Shown one piece after another: positions 38,670 through 51,845 of a DNA stretch of 64,000 nucleotides. The notes beneath the pieces are model-generated. The model was not told where the DNA came from. It did not search any database and was given only the letters and a program-made list of their open reading frames with translations. The position numbers were made by a program, and so were the translations under genes. The DNA comes from Octopus sinensis (Eukaryota): contig NC_042999.1 of NCBI RefSeq assembly GCF_006345805.1, forward strand, positions 46,562,001 to 46,626,000, read 5' to 3'. Each line of letters starts with the position of its first letter. Within the stretch, counting starts at the first letter, position 1.

Positions 38670-39916
38670 TTAGGTTGTTTCACATGAAATGTCGTATTTG
38701 AAAGGTAACAATAAAATGTTTCAGAAGTGTTAGAGAACTGATTTATTTAATCAACGTATGATCCATGTTCATTTATGCCGTTTATCCAACGTTTCTCTAT
38801 GTCATATATTCCATCTTAAAAAAGAAAATTCATCCTTTGCTGTGATAAACTGTCCGAATGCTTCAATTACCTCTCTATTTAAGAATGTTTTATTACTTGT
38901 GAAAATCTCAGAATGCTTAAATAAGTGATGATCAGGAGGTGAGATATCAGGGGAACAGGGAGAATGTTGCAAAATCTCATAATTCAGGTTTTGCAACTTT
39001 TGGACCGTAGTTTGAGGAGTGTGAGGACGTGCATTGTCGTGGAGCAAAATTGGGCCATCACTGTTCACTAGACTGGGATGCTTCTTTTTCAAATTCTCAT
39101 GCATACAATCAATTTCCTGGCAATACGATGTTATTGTTACTATTTTTTCTTGTTTCAAAAATGAATAATGAATAATTCCCTTCACAGACCACCATACAGT
39201 GACCACTAACTTTTTAGGGTGCAATGGTGGGTCTGGGTAGTGTTTAGATGACTCTCCTGCACCTGGTCACTGTCCTGTTCTCCTGCTGTTGTCAAGGAAT
39301 ATCCATTTCTCACCACAGGTAATGATTTGATGCAAAAATGGTCTTTTTCCAGTCGAGAAAGTAATAAGGAGCACACTTCGAGGCGTCTGTTTTATTTTGA
39401 ATCTCATTCGGCTGATGTGGAACAAACCTATCCGTTTTCTTGTCACTTCCAATTTTTTACAGGTGTGCAAAAGAAATTGTGCGAGCTTTGGAGTTCTCAG
39501 GAAAGTTTTCGAACGTTTGTTCTCGGATTTTGTTCAATCAATGCATTTAATCCATCATGCCGAATAACTGATTTTGGCATACTCTTAGTTTATTTTCAAG
39601 GCTATCATCTCCTGAACGAGAGCTTTGGAACCATCTATGAACAGTTCTGATGTCAACAAATCCATTACCAAAGACCCGCTTGATATTTCGTAAAGCTTCT
39701 GCGGCAAAGTGACCCAGTTCGTACTCATACGAAAAGATCACTCAACATAGTTTAACTGTTATCATTTTCATAAGGTCTTTGGGAACGAATTTTGTATACC
39801 AATATTGATGGGAAAGAAAACGAGTTAAAATTAAAAGCATGGTGCACATAAGTGAGTATGTAAATCACTTAAATAACAAGTAATTAAAATGCAACATTTC
39901 ATGTGAAACAACCTAA
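38670..39916 (-). mobile_element. Full-length mariner (Hsmar1/cecropia-like), inactivated
   Basis: TIRs ttaggttgtttcacatgaaatgtcgtattt / aaatgcaacatttcatgtgaaacaacctaa with a right-hand TA. Peptides IITCGEKWI, HPKKLVVTVWW, ILLHDNARPH, SPDISPPDHHLF. Confidence 0.95.
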
Positions 39917-40061
39917 TATATATATGAAGACAGGATGAAGGATATTAGAGAGAGGGAGAGACGGGGTGAGAAGAATGGGCGAATGAGAAGTATATGAGAG
40001 AGAGGGTGAGGTGACGAGAGGAGAGGTAGATGTGAGAGGGAAAGGAAAGAGAAATGAGAAA

Positions 40062-40096
<35 letters not shown>

Positions 40097-40301
40097 AAAA
40101 AGGAGATGTGGAACACGAGTTGTGATATATAAAAAAAGGAAATGAAGAACATGCTGACAAAATAATTTAAGTAAGGGAGTAGTGTATTTAATTAGGTGAA
40201 AGTTCTTTTTACCGGTTGCGCATTTGTTATGCTTATCAAAAGATATTTTGAGTGAGATAGAGTTCCTTTCTGATTGATTTTTTTCTCTTATCTGTATATA
40301 T

Positions 40302-43224
40302 ATCATCATCATCATCATCATCGTTTAGCGTCCGTTTTCCATGCTAGCATAGGTTGGACCGTTCTACTGGGGTCTGTGAAGCCAGAAGGCTTCATCAGGC
40401 CCAGTCAAATCTGGCAGTGTTTCTACGGCTGGATGCCCTTCCTAACGCCAACCACTTCGTGAGTGTAGTGGGTGCTTTTTACGTGCCACCCGCACTGGTG
40501 CCAGACAGAGCTGGCAAACGGCCACGAACGGATGGTGCTTTTTATGTGCCACCGGCACGATGGCCAGGCGTGGCTGGCAACGGACACGAAACGGGGCGGT
40601 GCTGGCAACGGTCGCGAAACGGAAAGTTCTCTTACATGCCACCGGCACTGGTAACACATCTGCAATTTCCATTGATCGATTTCCATTGATCGATTTCGAT
40701 TCTGATCCTCACTTGCCTCAACGGGTCTTCACAAGCAGAGTTTCGACATGCCACCGGCACTGGTAGCACATCCGCAATTTCCATTGATCGATTTCGATTC
40801 TGATCCTCACTTGCCTCAACACGTCTTCACAAGTAGTTTTGTGTCCCAAGAAGGGAAGGTATGCATACGTAGGCTGGCTCCATCCCATGTAGAAGGCCAC
40901 GGGTTATGGACTCACTTGTCCTGCCGGGTCTTCTCGCGCACAGCACACTTCCAGAGGTCTCGGTCTCTAGTCATTTCCTCAGTGAGACCTAAAGTTCGAA
41001 GGTCGTGCTTCACCACCTCGTCCCAGGTTTTCCTGGGTCTGCCTCTTCCACAGGTTCCCTCAACCGCTAGGGTGTGGCACTTTTTCACACAACTATCTTC
41101 ATCCATTCTCGCCACATGACCATACCAGCGCAAACGTCTCTCTTGCACACCACAACTGATGCTTCTTAGGTCCAGCTTTTCTCTCAAGGTACTTACACTC
41201 TGCCGAGTGTGAGTACCGGCATTACACATCCATCGGAGCATACTGGCTTCATTTCTAGCGAGCTTACGCATATCCTCAGCAGTCACGGCCCATGTTTCAC
41301 TGCCATGTAGCATGGCTGTTCGTACACACGCATCATACAGTCTGCCTTTCACTCTGTGCGAGAGGCCTTTTGTCACCAGCAGAGGTAAGAGCTCTCTGAA
41401 CTTTGCCCAAGCTATTCTTACTCTAGCAGTTACACTTTCAGCACACCCGGCCCCGCTGCTGACTTGGTCACCTAGGTAACGGAAACTATCAACTATTTCT
41501 AGTTTTTCTCCCTGGAAAGTGACGGAAGTTGGTCTCAGAGCATTTTCAGTGTTTATTGTTCCTGAGCATCTGCCACATACAAAAACCATCTTCCTAGTTA
41601 GCCTTCCTTTGACATTGCTGCATCTCTTATGTGTCCATAGCTTACACTTGGTGCATCTTATAGAGTTTCTACCTACACCTTTTCTACAGATCGAGCAGGG
41701 CCATCTACCTGAAGGTGTTTGTGATTTGTCTACCTTCCTACTGATTACGACTTTGGTTTTAGCTAGATTGACTCTGAGGCCCTTCGATTCTAATCCTTGT
41801 TTCCACACCTGAAACTTCTCCTCCAGTTCTGATAGCGACTAAGCAATTAGAGCAAGGTCATCAGCATAGAGGAGCTCCCAAGGGCATCCTGTCTTGAATT
41901 CCTCCGTTATTGCCTGGAGGACTATGATAAATAGGAGGGGCTGAGTACTGAGCCTTGGTGGACTCCTACCTCTACCCGGAATTCTTCACTGTACTCATTT
42001 CCAACCCTCACCCTACTAGCGGCGTCCCTATACATGGCCCGCACAGCTCTCACTAACCATTCATCTATCCCTAGTTTCCTCATTGCCCACCAGATAAGGG
42101 ATCGGGGGACCCTGTCGAAGGCTTTCTCCATGTCAACAAAAGCCAGGTACAGGGGCTTATCTTTGGCTAGGTATTCTCTCCTGCAGCTGCCTTACCAGGA
42201 ATATAGCATCAGTAGTACTTTTCCCTGGCACAACCCAAACTGCATCTCATCTAAACTAACTCTCTCTCTAATTAGTTGGGCTATGACCCTCTCCGTAACC
42301 TTCATCACCTGGTCCAACAGCTTGATACCTCTGTAGTTATTTGTATCTAGGGCATTACCTTTACCTTGTAGCAGTTGACTATTATACTGCTACACCAGTC
42401 ATTGGGTATGACCCCTTTGTGTATCACCTGATTAACTATACGGGTGACTAGGCTATAGCCGACACTACCAGACATTTTGAGCATCTCTGCAGTGATTCCT
42501 GATGGGCCTGGGGCTTTCCCTGTCTTCATGCTTCTAATTGCCTTAGCTACCACGGAACTATCAACTCGGATAGCTGGTCCCTCTGTTGAGTCAACATTCG
42601 GCAGACTCTCTTTATCCCATTCATTTTCTTCATTCAGCAACCTTTCATAGTGGCATCTCCAACCTCTCTCTTTGCATCCTCATTTAGCGCAAGTGAACCA
42701 TCTTCCATGCGAACACACTTCTCTCCTACCACATCACGATTCTCTCTCACACACTGTCTTGCAACACGAAACACCTCCAGTCTTTGGTCCTCACGGCACA
42801 GAACATTGGCAAATTTTTTCTTATCTGCTTCCCCTCTGGCTAAATAAACCTGTCTCCTAGCTTCTCTTTTGGCAGTCTGATACAATCCCTGCTACCCCCA
42901 TTTTTCCAGACCTTCTAAGCCTGTCTCTTTTCTCTAATAGCCCTGTCTACAATATTGTTCCACCACCACGTTATTCTAGGTCGAGAGGGGACTTTGCACC
43001 AGCCACAGATCTGGTCAGTGGCTCTCAGCAGTTTGTCCCTTAGAAACGTCCAGCTGTCTTCTACCCCCTGTGATGCTCTATCCCCTTCTACTTCGTCAGA
43101 GGCTTCAAGTAATATGTCCCTAAATCTCTGTCCATTTGCAGGATCTTTAAGCTTCCAGATCCTTCTTCTCCATATTTGTCGTCTTCTGGTTGTCCTCCTA
43201 GTCCTGATCCTAAAGTCACTAACT
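40302..43224 (-). mobile_element. RTE-clade LINE, 5'-truncated (~2.9 kb), with 3'UTR and (GAT)n tail
   Basis: MKTGKAPGPSGI, FVDMEKAFDRVPR, GVHQGSVLSP, ELLYADD, Cys-rich insert, FRYLG, HGSETW, LRWYGHV, GRGRPRKTW. Stop at 40912. 3' motif GGTTGGCGTTAGGAAGGGCATCC. Frameshifts and an in-frame stop are present. Confidence 0.95.
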
Positions 43225-43280
43225 TATATATATATATATATATATATATAACAAAAACATCTGTTCAGCCGTTTGTAACG

Positions 43281-43768
43281 TTATACCGTAAAGGAAAATT
43301 ATAGTCGTCAACTAAATTTGACTAATGCTGGGAATAACACCAACATTGCTAGAAATAAGAGCTAAAATTCTCCAATGCTGTTGCAAAGCACATAACATAC
43401 TCTAATAGAGGCTGCAATTACCCCGAACACCGAACCAAAAATTCCTTAGACTGACCTGCCAATTTCGCCTATTTCCTTACTCATCTTTAGTAAGGCCAAC
43501 CCGTTCGCTTGATTCCGTGCTATTAAAGTATATTAGAGTATAAATAATTCCCCATAAAAATCTATGGATGACTTAGCAGATCGCTAATGTGTATACAAAA
43601 AATTAATAAAAACAGCTGTTTCCAACTTTATACTGGTAAAGTAAAATTATAGCTGTCAACTAAACTTGACTAGGGGCGTGAATAACACCTGCATTGCTAG
43701 AAATAGGAAGTAAAATGCACCAATGCTGTTACAAAAGACATAACATATACTCTGACAGGAGCTGCGAT
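43281..43768 (+). repeat. Old ~140-bp direct repeat pair (43281-43418, 43629-43768)
   Basis: Shared gtaaag.aaaattatag..gtcaactaaa.ttgacta...gaataacacc..cattgctagaaata...ccaatgctgtt.caaa..acataacata. Confidence 0.8.
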
Positions 43769-43835
43769 ATATTTTACTTGCTTCAGTAATTAGACTGGTG
43801 CACTACCTTGAATATTTCTTTTTTAATCCTGGGCC

Positions 43836-43941
<106 letters not shown>

Positions 43942-43957
43942 TATTATTATTATTATT

Positions 43958-44489
43958 GAGTGAGATAGCAGTGCATGCCATCAAAGTGACACTGGAGAAA
44001 AAATATACGAAGCCCAGTATACCCATCATGACTACCCGTCTGATAACGGTACACTAAGCACATGCACCACAACCATTTGTGCGCGACATGGTGATCTCAT
44101 ATCAAGATAAACAGCACATGACCTTGCAGGTGGGGCCCAGTTAGAATTTTCTTCTGTCGAGTAACCCATCCCGCTCAAAAGGTCCCTGAATAAGGGCTGT
44201 TTAAGGATGTTGAACGTAACACCCATGTTTCCAGAGGTCAATTATTCAATCCCTCTCAACACATGGCTATGATGCTCCCCCACTACTTCTGCTCGTGATC
44301 AGAGATGCACATATCGTCAGCCACTAAGGAACATGCTCAACTGGTTAAGGTCAAACAACTGACAAGCAAATCTGTGGTATTGAGCAGAATTTTTGCTGTA
44401 GCCCGTCTTTTATACCAATACAAAACAATGTACATGATAACACTTCCAATCAGAAGCCACGAGAGCCACTGCCCGGTTCTGCATCAGGG

Positions 44490-44490
<1 letters not shown>
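43958..44490. mobile_element. Non-coding repeat inserted in (ATT)n
   Basis: 533-bp complex sequence with (ATT)n directly on both sides, no recognisable ORF and no TIR. Confidence 0.5.
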
Positions 44491-44538
<48 letters not shown>

Positions 44539-44542
44539 GTTA

Positions 44543-44588
<46 letters not shown>

Positions 44589-44594
44589 TCTAGA

Positions 44595-44765
44595 GCAGCG
44601 AGCCACCAGAATCGTTAGCATGCCTGACAAAATGCTTAGCGGCATTTCGTTATGTTTTCGTTCCTATTTCGAATTCCGTGAAGGTCGATATTTCCTTTCA
44701 TCTTTTCGGGTGCGATAAAATAAGTACCAGTTGAGTACTGAGACCGATGTAATCCACTATCCCGA
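44595..44765 (+). mobile_element. SINE family A, degenerate
   Basis: cagaatcgttagca...aaatgcttagcggcatttcg...gataaaataagtaccagttgagtactg. Confidence 0.75.
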
Positions 44766-45129
44766 ATTTTAAAATAAAAAATACACATCTTGTTAATCTA
44801 GCTACCTAAGGATTCCTGTTCGAAATCATTATTCCGCCGTTTATGAAAAGGAAAATAAAACCGTTTGTTAATTGTCTTTTGAGTACATAATGCTTAAACA
44901 AGCAACACTTGTAAAGAAGAGAGCAAGGCAGATAAAACTCAAGAGAGATAACCAACGTTACATTAATTCGATGTCAAGCAAACGTTATTGGTTTACTAAA
45001 TATCCGCTGGTCTACTTCTAAATGCTGATCAGATGTATTAATTGAAATGCAGACATTCAAATACATACATGTGTATTTGTTGGAGGTTTTCCAGGTTTTC
45101 GAGAGATAGTTTTTTACAAGAGAATACAT

Positions 45130-45660
45130 TGAAATATTTTTAAACCCGTTAATACAGTGTCTGAATTTGGAGAATATTCCCCATTTGATGTCGAAACTGG
45201 GCCCTTCGTCTTTACGTTTCCAGATTAAAGCCGAAATAGTTGTTGAATGTCTCTTATCAGGTTACTTAAAATTCGAAAGATGGCTGTAATATCTAGATAT
45301 AAATTTTTCTTCCACGGCTCTGATATAATGTTTGATATCCGTGCCACCATTGTCGTGGTTCGCTTAAACTTGTGCTTCATACCCAAAGTAAGATATATCA
45401 CATTCCTTTCCTAGAGAACATTTAGATTTCTCTCTACATGTGCATCCGGGTCAGATTTGAGTCATCCGTTGCTTATTGATACATGACTTAACATTAGGAG
45501 CAGAAGAAAAGGTAATTTTTAACGTGTGTCAGTTAAAGATACTTTTCTATCTATAGGTTCTGGGGAAGTGGTTATTTATTAAGTTCAAGAATTTCTACCA
45601 GTAAATCCAGTATCCCGTATGGTCTTATTATAAAATAGGGCAGCTTTTCGGATATTTCTT
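45130..45660 (-). pseudogene. Penelope-like element remnant, Naiad-type linker plus GIY-YIG endonuclease
   Basis: FLNLINNHFPRTYR*KSIFN*HTLKITFSSAPNVKSCI...GCTCREKSKCSLGKEC...KHYIRAVEEKFISRYYSHLSNFK*PDKRHSTTISALIWKRK..SFDIKWGI. Confidence 0.75.
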
Positions 45661-45704
45661 CTTCAGAAGAAGAATAGGCATATATATATATATATGTTTT
45701 ATTT

Positions 45705-45880
45705 ATATGTGAAACCGTTAATTCAGACACGTTTATTTTTCTCCGTTTTCTCTCCTCCTTCCTTTCTGTGGAACAGCGTAAGATCGAAATGTGAAAGACT
45801 TTTCAGTTTTTCCTGAGCATCAAACTAAAGAACCGCAATTGTTGTTCTCTCACCTACCTCCGTGTTTTCATTTGAACCAT
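45705..45880 (+). mobile_element. Family P1 repeat, hammerhead decayed
   Basis: ctttctgtggaacagcgtaagatcgaaatgtgaaag (45762-45797) and cctgagc tail. Ends in (TA)n. Confidence 0.5.
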
Positions 45881-47721
45881 ATATATATATATATATATAC
45901 ATAAATATATGTATGTATGTATGAATTTATGTATACATATGTATATATTCTCCCCGTTATCAGTTAGAGGAACTTTCTAGTAAATTATTAATGTCGTGAA
46001 TATGCATCTCCTTCATGGAATATAGATGCCGTAAACTTTTCTTTTGTGTGTTGATAATAAACGTTAAATGGATCTCTGAAGTTTGAGAAAATACTGATAT
46101 TAACATTTGATCTGTGGAGTGAGTGCAGTCTATTGAATCGACTCCACCGTTTGCTTATGTATTTTCATGGACCGAAGACAAGGCAAGATAAACGAGACCT
46201 CAATAAAATTTGAATTCAAAACGGGTCATCATATAAATATATACCGTCTTAAAATGCTTCAGCTTATTTCCATTTATAATTCGTTTAGGTTTAATAATAT
46301 GTATATTAATGTGAGAGATTTTTCTACCCTGCTTTATTTAGAATCACATCAAGTTTATCTCTTCATTCATTCAATTGGCTACTTACTTGTGCTTGAAACC
46401 TCTCAAGTGAATCGAGAGAAGAATTTTATAATCTCGCGAAGCGAAGAAAAAAATTAAAAAGCCGTCGGAAACGGAGAATGAGAAAGTTAAGATATGTGTG
46501 TGTGTGTGAGCGAGGAGAGAAAGAGACTTAATTAGATAAAACTTTTTGTGAAATTTATTATATATTTTATGTAAAATCTTGTGCTGCAAGGATATTACAT
46601 GTATCTTCACATTTATGGCTTGAATCTACAACTAAAGATTTCCTCTCTTAACACATTTCCCAAACATAAAACCTAGTAGCATCGACATTATCAACAATAC
46701 TCAGATTTATACAACGTATAAATCGAAAAATTCTGAATGTAATGTTGGAATTTATAGTATATTATTTAATACTCCCTCGTGTGCAGATGTTTCGTTGATA
46801 TTTAGAACAATATTTATCGCTCTTTGAATGTTTTTTATACTCCTCGTAAATATTGAATGATATTAATGTAATGCAGTTCCCAACTGTTTTTATTATAATT
46901 TATATTCTGATTTACTTGCAAGTATCGGTGCTGTTCTCTCCTTTGTCGAAAGAAGTAATTTCCTCACTTCTGATAAATGGCCATCTTTTCATGTCAATCA
47001 CACAATGAACTCGCAATGATAACATAAAAAAAACAACAAATACGTCCCTTTGTATTTGTCGTGAACTATTAGTTTTTACTCATATGGAAGAGTGTCTTCA
47101 GTTAATCTAGACAAAAGTGAAAATATACGCTATAATAACTAGGAAACACCCGACCAAACGAATCATAAATATATCTGGCGACTATTTTCAGTTCGAGATC
47201 ATTTTATAGTGGCTATTGTGTTTAGCCCAAGGCCAGCCTAAGTCAAACAGTCATATATATAAACAAAAGAGTCCTATCTGTGATCATCCTGATGTATTTT
47301 TCAGCTACATTATTCAATGAATATCTTTTTCAAGTCTATTGAGTGATATTTTAGAGAGATTTGTTAGCTACTAGAATAAGTTCGAATTAACCCATACTGG
47401 CTGGATCGATAAGTTGTTTATTAATGAAATAGAACAGGATAAGATGTACACGTATTTGCGTCAGGGCACATTTGTTTTGCAGGAGCCCCTTACACGCAAG
47501 CATTTCGATAAAACCAACGCCTTAAATTTATATACCGAAATTATTGCATATATCTGTTTATTGTATGTAAATGAAATATTCATTTAATGCATTCAAAACG
47601 AAAAATGCAAGGTAAAAAAAGTAGAGAAATAAAAGAAATATAAATAAAAGAAAAGAAATCTGGCCAGTTATACATGTATGCAAAAAATAAATATGTAGAA
47701 GATAAAAATATAACTAAGTGG

Positions 47722-48100
47722 ATAAGTGCTACTCCGTCGGTTATGTCGACGAGGGTTCCAGTTGATCCGATCAACAGAGCAGCCTGCTCGTGAAATTAAC
47801 GTGCAAGTGGCTGAGCACTCCACAGACACGTGTACCCTTAAAGTAGTTCTGGCGGAGATTCAGCGTGAAACAGAATGTGACAAGGCTGGCCCTTTGAAAT
47901 ACAGGTACAACAGAAACAAAGAATGAGAGAAAGTTGTGGTGAAAGTGTACAGCAGGTTTTGCCACCACGCCCTGCCGGAGCGTCGTGGAACTTTAGGTGT
48001 TTTCCCTGAATAAACATTCAAAACCTCGGTCTGGGAATCGAGACCACGATCCTACGGCCGCGAGTCCACTGCTCCAAGCACTGGGCCATTGCGCCTCCAC
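47722..48100 (-). mobile_element. tRNA-derived SINE family C, tail type 3
   Basis: Same GTGGAGGCGCAATGGCCCAGTG head and caccacaactttctctc body, with a third distinct 3' module. Confidence 0.85.
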
Positions 48101-49869
48101 GCTAAACGTTATACATAAATGTTAAATGCATTGAATGAATAAGTGGCTTGGATGTAAATGAGGTTTTAACAAATCCACTAAAATGTAAGGTTAAAATGCA
48201 CGAAACCAGGTATACCTGTTAAATACTGAAGATAAAATGATAACATTTATTTCAAAAATGTCTTAGCTTTATCAAACTTGTCTAACAAATGAGAATCAGG
48301 ACGCTTTCATTAGAAAGGAACCAGAAATATTTCGCTTCTACAGCTCGCCTACAAAATTGGCTTCGCGGACTGAAGTACAATATAAGAGTTAGTTGAGTTG
48401 TATATGAATACCATATGATAATGAATACAAGTGTATGTGTGGGATTTTGAGGACATTAATCAGATGGCAAATATATTACAAAATAGCGATGTATTACTGT
48501 GATTCTTCAAGGTAAGTTTACTTCATATTCCCTTTTCCAAGCTATTCTAGAAATAGACTCGTTCCTAACTTTTGAAACTCTCATCTCTTTATTAACAGTA
48601 TCAAAATGCTACTTGGAAAATGCAGATCTCATGCAAGATCCCACGTACGAGACTATTTTATAGAGAGCAAGTCCTTTTACAATCTTTACATTTTTACTCT
48701 TTTGTTTTAGTCTCTGAGACGGGCCATACTCGAATCTTTTGTAGAATTCAGTCTGTCAAATCAACCCCGTACATGTCTTTAAGTCCTTATACATTTTCTT
48801 TCGGCATTTAGAGTGACCCTAGCTTACATGTGAATATTGAATACTGAGAGGAAACTCACAGCTCCTTTGATAGAACGTGAATTTTGTGAAATTCATTTAT
48901 GAAAAAGGAAAAAAAAAAATGTTGAAATGTAACCACTCGACTTCGGGGGTCGAGTTGGCATTGCGCCTCATTTATATCTTTTCATTCGTTTTCTTTAATT
49001 TTTTCGTCTTAATTCATCTTCTTTTTGTATTTTAAGTTCCCCGAGTTTATGTTTGTCTTGTTTCTATTGTCCCATTCTGTGTATAGCCCCTTGTGGGTAA
49101 TAAAAATATCATCTTTTGATAGAACGTACATAATTTCCAGAGGTCTCTGTAAATGTATTTGTTCAATAAATAAATTGTGGTGATATATGATGCACTTTAT
49201 TAAATATTAGTTGCACAGTTAATGTGAGACTTCATTGTGATTAATGTGAGGTTAAATCGAATAAGATCATTTACGGCTTTATGATTCATTGTTTAGGGAC
49301 TAGACATTTCTTTCTAATTTGAAACAGCCTGGATCCTTTCCTATTTGTGGCACAAGCATTAATATACTGGGGAATTTTGTAGCTAATCAAATAATGCTTT
49401 GAGAGGCCAGTCTTAAAAATCAGAAATTGTAGGTATTCTTAAGGACACTAACGTATACGCTCACGTTTCTGTCTGTCGTTGAAGAAACATTATCCTATCA
49501 CGCAATTCGTTTGGCATTGAGGTATCACAAATCGATGGAAAAGTACTCATATATAGTGGTCAGTCTTCAATGTGCCCAAATTTTGTCTTATTCTAGAATG
49601 AATTCATAGGCTTCTTACAGAAACATTTCACATTCTAGATGCTTTCTTTCATTTGAATCTGGTCAGGCTTAAAGTTTCCCTCATAACTTGATATGAAAGC
49701 GTTATCTATCATTATTGATTTGAGGGTACACGAAGGCACTTGTGAGTAATTAACAAAATGAAGACGAAATTTCATTATACATACTCATCAATAGAGAACT
49801 AAGATTTTGTGTACAGATAATTGTAGCTGTACCGTTGGTTTGTTGATAGTGTTATTTAAATGCAACTAA

Positions 49870-49930
<61 letters not shown>

Positions 49931-50319
49931 AGAGAGGGTGGGAGACAGATAATGTGAGGTATAGGAAAAAAGGGAGAGAGACATAGGGGAGATAGGGAGA
50001 GAGAGAGAGGGAATGGGAGACGTAGAGTAAGGGAGAGAAAAAAAAAATAATATATATATATATATACAGAGAGAGAGAGAGAGAGAGAGAGAGCGGTTGA
50101 TACCGATGACAAGTAGTAGCATCCTCCACCTACTCATATGCCCATCTTTTCTGAAATACTGGAAAGATAAAGTTGCCAATAATTTCGTTAGTACTAAATT
50201 ATCTCTTAAATTCTGCATGAATTCTGTTATGACTCCAAAATGCAATATTTCCACAGCAGCTTCCATCATCAACATCGTAATTATTATTATTATATTATTA
50301 TTATTATTAATAATATCAA

Positions 50320-51015
50320 GGCGGTGATCAGGCAGAATCGTTAGCACGCCGAATCAAATGCTTAGATATATTTCGTCCGTCGCTACGTTCTGAGTTCAAA
50401 TCCCGTCGAGGTCGAGTATGCCTTCCATCCTTTTGGGATCGATAAATTAAGTACCAGTTGCGTACTGCGGTCAATCAAATCGGCTGGGGACCCTTCCTTA
50501 AAATTTCAGGCCTTTTACCTATAGTAGAAAGAGTTATTATTATCAGTATAAAGGCAGCGAGCTGGCAGCATCGTTATCACGCCAGGCAAAATGCTTAGCA
50601 GTATTTTGTCTGTCTTCACGTTCTGAGTTCAACTCCCACCGAGGTCAACTTTGCCTTACATCCTTTCGTGGTCGATAAATTAAATGCCAGTCAGGTACTG
50701 GGGGTCGATGTAATCGAGCCTTCCATCCTTTCGGCGTCGAAAATTTAAGTACCATTTGAAAATTGGGGTCGATGTAATCGACTCATCCGCTCTTCCAAAA
50801 CTACTGCCCTTCTGGCAAAACTTTAAATCATTCTTCTTTTTATTATTATAATAAAGGCGGCGAGATGGCAGAATTCTTAGCACGCCGGGCGAAAAGCTTA
50901 ACAAAATTTGCCTGTCACTACAATTTATGTTCGAGTTCGACTTTGACTTTGATCCTTTCGGCGTCGATAAATTAAGTGTTAGTGAAACGCTGCGGTCGAT
51001 GCAATCGACTAGCCA
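50320..51015 (+). mobile_element. Head-to-tail cluster of three SINE A copies (50320, 50553, 50856)
   Basis: Three aggc.g.ga..ggcag heads, each after a short (TTA)-rich spacer. Confidence 0.85.
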
Positions 51016-51084
51016 CTGGCATATTCTTAACACAAGCATCTATTACTACCACATAAAAACATGTATTATGTCTATTAAATACTA

Positions 51085-51312
51085 TTTATCTCTCACCAGA
51101 TGGTGTACTTCTTTTGTTGATCTTACCATCACGGAACAGTACACAAGTTTTGTTTTATTCTCTCTCTGTTTATTTTCTTACATTCCTTTCTGCTGAAGAG
51201 CGTAGGATCGAAACGTAAAACATTTACTTTTCCGAGCGTCAAAATAATACACCTGCTTGCTGTTCATACACTTGTCTTAGTCTTTTGTTTTTCTGTAAAT
51301 TTCAACTATATA
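51085..51312 (+). mobile_element. Family P1 hammerhead-bearing repeat
   Basis: uuu-CUGCUGA-A-GAGC guag GAUC-GAAAC-GUA-aaa (51187-51220), ccgagcgtcaaaataatac tail, ends in tatata. Confidence 0.6.
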
Positions 51313-51504
51313 TTATAAGCCCTGTGGTTACCCCAGTTTTATCCTGCTTTAACCTTCTATTCTTACACGTCTCAACTACCACCTGAACTTTTGGCAACTC
51401 TCCTCATTTATAATTTTTATAACATTATTTTTATCATCATCATCATCATCATCATCATCATTATCATCATCATTATTATTATTTCATCCATCTTTACATT
51501 GTGT

Positions 51505-51845
51505 GTTCAAATTTCGTCACTGGATAAACTTACGGATTTCACTGGACTCTTCCATTGATGAAAAATCGCTCCAATATACCACGAAGTCTGAACGTTTTTG
51601 AACTTTCTACTTTTTCCTACTCCGTACGTTGTAACAAGAGTTACCTCCCTTAGCTTTGACTTTTTCTGATATCTGAGAAAATGTATATATGCCCACTTAA
51701 ACGTGGATGTTCCAGTAGAACAACATTTGCTGCGATAGATACCATGGGAGAAATTTTCATACTGGTTTATGGTGCAAAATGCAATCTTGTTTATATCGCT
51801 AGCGGTGAGATAAATCCCTGCCATTTCCAGCGCCGAGACCATCAG
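51505..51845 (-). pseudogene. Possible Tc1/Tc3 transposase N-terminal remnant
   Basis: The ORF ends ...QTSWYIGAIFHQWKSPVKSVSLSSDE, resembling the W...W..V.FSDE motif. Confidence 0.35.

Noticed and set aside
40484-40765. Spaced short repeats resembling a CRISPR array
   Set aside because: Eukaryotic context, irregular spacing, non-unique spacers, inside a LINE 3'UTR, and no cas genes.
43958-44490. HDV-like ribozyme in the (ATT)n-targeted element
   Set aside because: A P3/L3-like ccccacctgcaagg is present on the minus strand, but I could not find a matching P1.
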